From: an uncultured Bacteroidales bacterium
GTDB taxonomy: Bacteria; Bacteroidota; Bacteroidia; Bacteroidales; UBA932
NCBI GenBank assembly: GCA_944325495.1
Contig: CALVAD010000007.1
Span: forward strand, 2,738-66,737
DNA length: 64,000 bases
Direction of reading: 5' to 3'
In this document: positions 40,268 through 47,288 of the stretch, one piece after another
How positions within the stretch are numbered: position 1 is the first letter of the stretch
How the letters are laid out: each line of letters begins with the position of its first letter
Notes under the pieces: model-generated
What the model was told of the DNA's origin: nothing
Seen by the model: only the letters and a program-made list of their open reading frames with translations
The model's database searches: none
Position numbers and translations under genes: made by a program

Positions 40268-42982
40268 CTATTCCGTGGCAGGAGTGAAGGGTTTACCGTT
40301 GACCACGATGTTGGAACTGCCGTATTCGCATTTCGGCTCATGGGACCCGACAAACTTGACGGTTTCGTCGTAATTGAAGGTGACTCCGAGTCCGTCTCCT
40401 GAATTGGCGTGGGCATATACTACGGGGAACAGGCTTCCAGCCTCTCCGCTGACCGTAAGCGTCGTATTACCCTTGAGGCTGACGTAAGTCGGGTATTGAT
40501 AGGAACCTTCCAATTTGTTTCCGATAGTGAGGGCTGCAACATTGACCATGTTTCCTTCACCCCAATCTCTGGAGTCGAAGTAGTTAGCGAAGGAATTATT
40601 ATCCTCGATGCTTCCCTCTATTGTCAGCGTGATATCGCTGTCCGTGATTGTAGCGTCGCCTCCGCGGACAACCATGCCCTGGGTGTCTCCGGTGATGGTG
40701 CATCGGTTAACCGTGATTGTGGAGGGAATATTGAGAAGAACGGGCGTATTCCCGGAAAACTCGGAATCCTCCAGGGTGACTGTAATGCTCTGCCTGGAAT
40801 TGCTGGCATTGCTCGTGACTGCGTAGCTGTCAGCCTTGACAGTGGAATTGCGTATGGTGAGACTGCCTTGGTCTGCTACCATGAAGCATGTGCTTGAGGA
40901 TTCCATTTGTATGTCCTCGATTGTCAGAGACGCATTGCCGCTTACGCTGATTCCGCCGGAAGGATCGGCTTCGGAATCATATTTCGGAGTAGTGATTTTT
41001 CCGTTCGACATGGACACATTGCCCGATTTGATTTCGAAAACATCCGATGAACTGCCCATATATCTCAACGTTTTTCCGTTCAAATCCAAGGCTACTTCCT
41101 GTGCGTTGAATATGATGGGTTTCTCGCAGTTCATACTCATAAATCCGTTTTGCGCCTTGGCGGTAATGCTTGCATCTTCTGTAAGAAAACCTGCTATGGA
41201 TTGCAATATGGCCCAGGTTCCGATGGTGAAAGATCCTTTTTTTATTGAAACTACTCCGTTCTCCCAGCCTGTTGTTCCGGACGAGTTTGAAAAGTTGCAG
41301 TAGAAGGAACCTCCATTGACGGTCATGCTGGCTTTTCCGGCTTCAGCGCCTTCAGCAAGGATGGTTCCCCCTTCAAATGTGCCGTCGTTTATTGTTGTTT
41401 CTCCTTTGCTGTAGGGAGCGTCTGCGCCGCCGACATAAACACTTGCAATATGATTCTTTCCGCTTTTATACTTGAAATTCCCTCCATTGATAGTCGTGAT
41501 GTAGGCATTTTGGATATTACCTTCTTTTGAATTGGTGAAGTTTCCGCCATTGATTTCAAGAGTTCCGTTAAGATCGTTCTTGATGGTGATAACACCGCCT
41601 TCAAAAGTTCCGCCATTAATGATCAACTGAGGAAATTCCTGTCCTTTTCCTTCAATATATCCCGCTCTTTCGTCTTCTATGGCCAGGTAATTGCGATATC
41701 CGGTGTTTATCAAAGATGAGGACGTACTGGATGAAACTATGTTAACCCCTTCGTCTATAGTCATTTCCCCGTGGTTCAGGATGACATAGTAGCTGTTGTC
41801 GCTGGAGTTCTCGGCGCTGCGGGTGTAGGTTCCGCCGTTGAGGGTCACGGTGCCGTTGTTGTAGATTGCCGCCTTGCCGTGGCTGGTGTTGTCGACCGTG
41901 CCCTCTCCGCTGATGGTCAGGTTGCTGCCGGGGTTGACGGTGAAGGTGTCGCCGGTGCCCTCGGAGGACGGGTCGTTGGTGATGGTGAAGCCGTTGAGGT
42001 TGATGGTGACGGGATCTGTGGACGTCACGGTGAAGTTGCCGGTGATGCTGCATGTAAGGGCATATGTGCCTCCGTTCTTGAGAACCTTCTGCAACGCCTC
42101 GACAGCTGCATTTTCACCGAAGTCGAGCCTTATCACCGCAAAAGAGTTCCTTGCAAGATTCCTTCCTGCCAGGGTCTTGCTGATTGTCTGCTCCACGGCA
42201 TCCTCACCGGCAGTATAGGTCACGGTAAACTCGAGTTCTTTGCCTGAAAGGTCGCAGGGGAACACCACGACGGGAATATCGATTGCTGCCCCGACTTCGA
42301 GCACCACGCTGTTCAGGCTTGCGCTTGCAGAGGCTGCCATGGTTGTCGCCTCGGATGCTCCGGGATTTGCCAGGTCAAGGGTGCCGGCCGTGCCGAAGAC
42401 TTTGCTGTCGTCGGTAGTCCCTACCGACACCGACTTGATGGTGAGGCTTTCCTCGCCGTTGTTGCTGAGGTTGAATACGAAGGCAGAGAGGGGATTGCGG
42501 AAGCTTACGTCCACATTGGTGCTTCCGGTTTCAGCGGTGGCCTTGCCAGTCATGTAGAAGTATTTTCCGAAATTGTCGAGGTCCTTGCTTTCGGCATCGA
42601 ACTCGAATGTCTGTTCGCCGAGGTCTACGGCGATTTTTCCATCCTCCGTAAGGACGGTGCCCTTGTCGTAGGGATAGTAGGCGAATACGTCCCCTTCCTC
42701 AAGACCTTCCTCAAGTACGAAGGTGGCGGTCGGAGTGCCGTCCCCGTCAGTAAGGGCGAGCCTGTGGTGGGTGTATTCCGCTCCGTTGAAGACGCCGATT
42801 ACGTCTTCGGCATTCCAGTTGAGCGAATAGTCTTCGTCCACGCTGGTCTTGGTGCCGCCGCTTTCACGTATTGCGGTGATGGTGTACCGCCCCTGAGATT
42901 CCGGGGCGAGCTGTTCACGTGAACAGGCGGCGAGGAGGCATACCGCCGTCCCCGCCATGATGGTCAGACTGTGCAGTTTCAT
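40268..42982 (-). CDS. Fimbrillin (Mfa-like) family lipoprotein with long C-terminal beta-helix-like repeat region
   Basis: Lipobox LAAC; TKT...W...D.IGVF...AYYPY fimbrillin pattern; repeated (I/L)NGG(T/N)F turns. Confidence 0.8.
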   Translation of the reverse strand: MKLHSLTIMAGTAVCLLAACSREQLAPESQGRYTITAIRESGGTKTSVDEDYSLNWNAEDVIGVFNGAEYTHHRLALTDGDGTPTATFVLEEGLEEGDVFAYYPYDKGTVLTEDGKIAVDLGEQTFEFDAESKDLDNFGKYFYMTGKATAETGSTNVDVSFRNPLSAFVFNLSNNGEESLTIKSVSVGTTDDSKVFGTAGTLDLANPGASEATTMAASASASLNSVVLEVGAAIDIPVVVFPCDLSGKELEFTVTYTAGEDAVEQTISKTLAGRNLARNSFAVIRLDFGENAAVEALQKVLKNGGTYALTCSITGNFTVTSTDPVTINLNGFTITNDPSSEGTGDTFTVNPGSNLTISGEGTVDNTSHGKAAIYNNGTVTLNGGTYTRSAENSSDNSYYVILNHGEMTIDEGVNIVSSSTSSSLINTGYRNYLAIEDERAGYIEGKGQEFPQLIINGGTFEGGVITIKNDLNGTLEINGGNFTNSKEGNIQNAYITTINGGNFKYKSGKNHIASVYVGGADAPYSKGETTINDGTFEGGTILAEGAEAGKASMTVNGGSFYCNFSNSSGTTGWENGVVSIKKGSFTIGTWAILQSIAGFLTEDASITAKAQNGFMSMNCEKPIIFNAQEVALDLNGKTLRYMGSSSDVFEIKSGNVSMSNGKITTPKYDSEADPSGGISVSGNASLTIEDIQMESSSTCFMVADQGSLTIRNSTVKADSYAVTSNASNSRQSITVTLEDSEFSGNTPVLLNIPSTITVNRCTITGDTQGMVVRGGDATITDSDITLTIEGSIEDNNSFANYFDSRDWGEGNMVNVAALTIGNKLEGSYQYPTYVSLKGNTTLTVSGEAGSLFPVVYAHANSGDGLGVTFNYDETVKFVGSHEPKCEYGSSNIVVNGKPFTPATE

Positions 42983-42995
42983 GGGCGTTTGCTTT

Positions 42996-43112
42996 TTAAT
43001 ACCAGTACTCCGAGTTGGGATGTTCGTTGGATGCGGAGAGAACCGGCGTTTCAGGAATGATTTCCATGATCTCCACCTTGGGAGTCTCATAGGTCAATTT
43101 GTTTTTGTCCAT
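42996..43112 (-). CDS. 38-aa micro-ORF MDKNKLTYETPKVEIMEIIPETPVLSASNEHPNSEYWY (below ORF-track cutoff)
   Basis: Manual translation; AT-rich initiation context; stop 13 bp before adhesin ATG; YxxP..E...E..L.AS pattern. Confidence 0.75.
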   Translation of the reverse strand: MDKNKLTYETPKVEIMEIIPETPVLSASNEHPNSEYWY

Positions 43113-43302
43113 AATTCGTATGATTGAGAATTTCTGCCGTTGGTGCGGGGAGAGGCGAGGGACAAAAACAAGGACGGGACCGCACGTATTCCGCGCGATA
43201 CCGTCCTGTATGCTATGACCGGACCGAGACGAAGGTCAGTCAGATCCTTCTCCTTACCCCCCCCGATAATGAATGAGTTATGTGCCATGGATGACATATT
43301 TG

Positions 43303-43310
43303 CAAATATA
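43303..43310 (-). promoter_or_regulatory. -7 promoter box for micro-ORF/adhesin transcript
   Basis: CAAATATA = TATATTTG on minus (TAnnTTTG). Confidence 0.55.
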
Positions 43311-43500
43311 GCGAATTAAGTCGTATGGTGTTTCAGTCCGCGGTGATATTTTAGCATGGGCTTGAATCCTCCGCCGTTCCGCCGGGCGGCGCAGTATGGA
43401 CGGCGGCGAAATTGCGGGCAAAAGTGCGCCGTAGCTGAAATAATTGCTATATTAGCAAGTTCTCGGGCAGATGCCCGCTCATTGACGAAAAACAGTTTCT

Positions 43501-44364
43501 ATGTACAGAATATTGACCAAGGAGATGCTCACTCCGACCATCTGCCGGATGAAGGTGGAGGCTCCTCTGATTGCCGCCGCGGCCCGTCCGGGGCAGTTCC
43601 TGATGGTCCGCGCGGACGAGAAGGGCGAGAGGGTGCCGCTGACGATCAGCGACTACGACGCAGGCGAAGGCAGCGTCACCATAGTGACCCAGGAAATCGG
43701 CGTCTCGACCGAGGAAATAGTCGCCTTTGAGGCCGGACAGTCGTTCTGCGACGTCACGGGGCCTCTTGGCATGCCGTCCGAATTTACGGAAATGCCGGCT
43801 GACAGCCTTGCCGCGCGGCGGTATATCTTCATAGCCGGAGGGGTAGGAACGGCTCCCGTGTATCCGCAGGCGAAATGGCTGCATTCCCGCGGCGTGCCGG
43901 TCGACGTGATCATAGGCGCGAAGACTGCGGACCTGCTGATCTACAGGCAGGAGATGGCTGCGGTCTGCGACAATCTCTTCTTCTGTACCGACGACGGCTC
44001 CGAAGGTTTCCACGGCATGGTCACCGCCCTGCTGGAGAAGCTGGTCAGGGAGGACGGCCGCAGCTACACGCAGGCGGTCGCGATAGGCCCTATGGTGATG
44101 ATGAAGTTCACCACTCTGACGGCAAGGAAGCTCGCGCTCCCGATAACGGTAAGCCTCAACACCTTGATGGTCGATGGCACCGGAATGTGCGGCGCCTGCC
44201 GCGTAACCGTGGGCGGAAGGACGAGGTTCGCCTGTGTCGAAGGCCCCGAGTTCGACGGCTACGAGGTCGATTTCGACGAGGCGATGCGCCGTCAGGGCCA
44301 GTTCCGCAAGGAGGAGAAGGAAGAGATGGAGGAACATGAGTGCAAAATAGGGAGGGACAAGTAA
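43501..44364 (+). CDS. NfnA/PyrK-like FAD/NAD-binding 2Fe-2S subunit
   Basis: PGQF, ERVPLTI, GPLG, AGGVG, MVDGTGMCGACRV...CVEGPEF. Confidence 0.92.
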   Translation: MYRILTKEMLTPTICRMKVEAPLIAAAARPGQFLMVRADEKGERVPLTISDYDAGEGSVTIVTQEIGVSTEEIVAFEAGQSFCDVTGPLGMPSEFTEMPADSLAARRYIFIAGGVGTAPVYPQAKWLHSRGVPVDVIIGAKTADLLIYRQEMAAVCDNLFFCTDDGSEGFHGMVTALLEKLVREDGRSYTQAVAIGPMVMMKFTTLTARKLALPITVSLNTLMVDGTGMCGACRVTVGGRTRFACVEGPEFDGYEVDFDEAMRRQGQFRKEEKEEMEEHECKIGRDK

Positions 44365-45755
44365 TGGCGAACAGAATACCGAGAGTTCCGGTCCGCGAGC
44401 AGGATCCCAGGGTCCGTGCGCGCAATTTCGATGAAGTGTGCTATGGCTATAATGAGGAGGAGGCGTTTCTTGAAGCTACGCGCTGCCTGCATTGCAGGAA
44501 TCCCCGCTGCGTCGCTGCATGTCCCGTGAATCTCCAGATTCCGGATTTCATCGCGAAGCTGACGGAGAAGGACGTGCGCGGAGCGGCCGAAGTCATCGCC
44601 CGCGACTCGTCGCTTCCTGCCGTGTGCGGCCGTGTGTGTCCGCAGGAGACCCAGTGCGAGGGCAGCTGCGTTCTCGGAGTCAAGGGCGAAGCGGTCGCGA
44701 TAGGCAAGCTGGAGCGATTTGTCGCCGACTGGTCCCGCGAGCACGGAACTTCTTCGGAGAATGCGGCGAAGGCTGCCCCGAACGGAAAGAAGGTCGCGAT
44801 AGTCGGATCCGGCCCGGCCGGCCTGGCCTGTGCCTGCGACCTCGCGAAGCTTGGCTACGATGTGACCATATTCGAGGCTCTGCACAAGCCGGGAGGGGTT
44901 CTGGTCTACGGAATTCCGGAGTTCAGGCTTCCGAAGGAGAAGGTGCTCGCCCGTGAGATCGAGGATGTGCGGAAGCTTGGAGTGAAGATCGAGACCAACG
45001 TGATAGTCGGCCGCACCGTGACTGTCGACCAGCTGTTCGACGAGAAAGGCTTCTCGGCCGTGTTCGTCGGCACCGGGGCCGGCACTCCGAAGTTCATGGG
45101 CATTCCCGGAGAGAATCTCTGCGGCGTGTTCTCGGCCAATGAGTTCCTGACTCGCAACAATCTGATGAACGCCTACCGCAAGGATTATCTGACTCCCATC
45201 CATGTGGGCCGCCGCACCTGCGTGGTCGGGGGAGGCAATGTGGCCATGGATGCCGCCCGTACCGCCCTTCGTCTGGGCTCGGAGGTGCATATTGTCTACC
45301 GCCGCACGGAGGCCGAACTGCCCGCGCGCCGGGAGGAGGTCCATCATGCCGCCGAGGAGGGGATAGTGTTCAACATGCTGACCAATCCCGTGGAGGTGCT
45401 GGGGGATGAGAACGGCTGGGTCAGGGGGCTCAGGTGCATCAGGATGGAGCTCGGTGAGCCTGACGAGAGCGGCCGCCGCAGGCCTGTGCCCGTGGAGGGT
45501 TCGGAGTTCGAAATTGATGCGGATACGGTGATAATGGCGCTTGGCACTTCGTCCAATCCTCTGATTCCCGATACGACCGACGGGCTCGAGACCACGAAGC
45601 GCGGTTGTCTGGTTGCCGATGAGAACGGCGCCACGACTCGTCCAGGCGTGTTCGCAGGCGGTGATGCCGTGACAGGGGCGGCAACCGTGATTCTCGCGAT
45701 GGGCGCGGGCCGCACGGCTGCGAAGGCGATTGACGAGTATCTGAAGAAAAAATAG
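44364..45755 (+). CDS. NfnB/GltD-like NADPH-dependent oxidoreductase (often annotated homotetrameric glutamate synthase)
   Basis: RCLHC..CP, CGRVCPQE.QCE, GSGPAG, YGIPEFRL, GGGNVAMD, FAGGD; overlaps nfnA-like stop. Confidence 0.93.
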   Translation: MANRIPRVPVREQDPRVRARNFDEVCYGYNEEEAFLEATRCLHCRNPRCVAACPVNLQIPDFIAKLTEKDVRGAAEVIARDSSLPAVCGRVCPQETQCEGSCVLGVKGEAVAIGKLERFVADWSREHGTSSENAAKAAPNGKKVAIVGSGPAGLACACDLAKLGYDVTIFEALHKPGGVLVYGIPEFRLPKEKVLAREIEDVRKLGVKIETNVIVGRTVTVDQLFDEKGFSAVFVGTGAGTPKFMGIPGENLCGVFSANEFLTRNNLMNAYRKDYLTPIHVGRRTCVVGGGNVAMDAARTALRLGSEVHIVYRRTEAELPARREEVHHAAEEGIVFNMLTNPVEVLGDENGWVRGLRCIRMELGEPDESGRRRPVPVEGSEFEIDADTVIMALGTSSNPLIPDTTDGLETTKRGCLVADENGATTRPGVFAGGDAVTGAATVILAMGAGRTAAKAIDEYLKKK

Positions 45756-45772
45756 TTCCGTATACTGGTTGA

Positions 45773-45870
45773 GGCGTATCCGCTCCCGGGAGGTTCCGCT
45801 GCGCTCCATCGATGCTGCGCATCGTCCGCTCACTGCCGCGGACGGCAAGCCTCCCGGGAGCGGATACGCC
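45773..45870. repeat. Structured intergenic element, copy A
   Basis: 21-bp perfect outer stem enclosing conserved core TTCCGCTNCGCTCCAT...CTCAC-TGCCG-N4-CGGCA-AG. Confidence 0.9.
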
Positions 45871-45910
45871 GCCCTCGTCCGTGAAATATTCAAGACTATG
45901 GCGTTTTCAT

Positions 45911-46024
45911 GGTTGCGGAGGTGCTGCCTTCTGACAGGTTCCGCTTCGCTCCATCCCGCCGCTTCGCGGCACCCACTCACGGCCGTGGGCGGCCAGCCTG
46001 TCAGAAGGCAGCACCTCCGCAACC
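45911..46024. repeat. Structured intergenic element, copy B
   Basis: 28-bp perfect outer stem unrelated to copy A; same core with GGCCG/CGGCC variant. Confidence 0.9.
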
Positions 46025-46048
46025 GCCGCAGTAGCGACAGATGAAAGT

Positions 46049-47209
46049 TTATTTTTCAGAAGCTTCGCCGTCTGGATTCCTGCCGCTCTTTGAAGGCGTT
46101 TCCGCAGTCTGTCGGGCCGGCTCGCTCTGTACGGCCGTCGCGGCGGGCTTCGGGGAATCCGCCATGACGGCCGGACTGTCAGCCGCCGGTGCAGGCGCCG
46201 GTTCGTCCGCCAGATACTCCTTGCGGAACATGTCGACGAACAGCAGGAACAGCGACACCAGCAGCGGACCGAAGATGATGCCGATGAATCCGAACAGCGA
46301 CAGGCCCACTATCACGCCGAAGATCGTGATCAGCGGGTGGGTGTCAGCCATCTTCTTCTGGAGGATGAAGCGCAGCAGATTGTCGCTCTGCGAGATGAAT
46401 ATCGCGCCGAACGCCAGAAGGCCGATTGCTGTGCCCCACTGCCCAAGCACCATGAAATAGATGCCCAGCGGCACCCATACCACCATCGTGCCGACTATCG
46501 GCACTATCGAGCAGAAGCCCGTCGCAATCGCCGCGAGCCCGGCGTTGGGCACATTGAATATCAGATAGCCAATCAGGGCGATTATGCCCTGGAGTATCGC
46601 CACGAGGGGAATCCCTATCGCGTTGGACTTGACCATGAGGTTGATCCTGTCCATGGTCTCCTTCTTGTTGATGTTCTTCATCGGGATGACGGAGGCGAGA
46701 TACTGCTCCCATTTCCTGCCTCCGTTGAGCAGGAAGAACAGCAGCAGAATCGCCACGAGCAGATTGATGAAGAAGCTGCCGATGCCGCCCAGGACCGACT
46801 GCCCCAGCGCGGTGAGCTTGCCTGCGACGAAGCTGACCGACTCCTGGGACACGATGTCGATGCCGAATTTCCGCTCGATTATGTCGAACATCTGCGTGGC
46901 GGGCGCGATGATGTCGTTGACGTTCCATTCGGCCTGCTGGATCTTGTCGACTACGAACCAGACTATGAGCGTCAGCGGGACCATGATGAAGAGTATCACC
47001 GCGATCACCATGATCACGGTTGCGAGAGTCGGCCTCCCGAGCTTCCGCGCCAGACGGAAGGTCGGCCTGCGGAGCAGGATATATAGCGTGAGGGCGCAGA
47101 GCACGCCGCTGATGTAAGGCTGCGCCTGGCGGAACAGTACGAGTCCCAGCGCGACTATGAGGATTATCAGGGTGTATTTCCAGATGCTTTCCCTGCTGCT
47201 GTTGATCAT
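46049..47209 (-). CDS. AI-2E family transporter
   Basis: Multiple TMs, VPIVGT...WVP, DNLLR, HPLITIFGVIVG...GIIFGP. Confidence 0.92.
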   Translation of the reverse strand: MINSSRESIWKYTLIILIVALGLVLFRQAQPYISGVLCALTLYILLRRPTFRLARKLGRPTLATVIMVIAVILFIMVPLTLIVWFVVDKIQQAEWNVNDIIAPATQMFDIIERKFGIDIVSQESVSFVAGKLTALGQSVLGGIGSFFINLLVAILLLFFLLNGGRKWEQYLASVIPMKNINKKETMDRINLMVKSNAIGIPLVAILQGIIALIGYLIFNVPNAGLAAIATGFCSIVPIVGTMVVWVPLGIYFMVLGQWGTAIGLLAFGAIFISQSDNLLRFILQKKMADTHPLITIFGVIVGLSLFGFIGIIFGPLLVSLFLLFVDMFRKEYLADEPAPAPAADSPAVMADSPKPAATAVQSEPARQTAETPSKSGRNPDGEASEK

Positions 47210-47288
47210 ATTGCCAGTAGTATGGGTTTTCACAAAAATAGACATTTTCCTGCGTTTTGACGGCGAATCGGCGTATCTTTGCAGGGTT

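Noticed and set aside
40268-42982. Diversity-generating retroelement target
   Set aside because: No reverse transcriptase or template/variable repeat pair seen.
45773-46024. Hammerhead or HDV-like ribozyme reading of the repeat core
   Set aside because: No CUGANGA/GAAA core on either strand, and no upstream P1 partner for an HDV fold found by eye; kept as an unassigned element.
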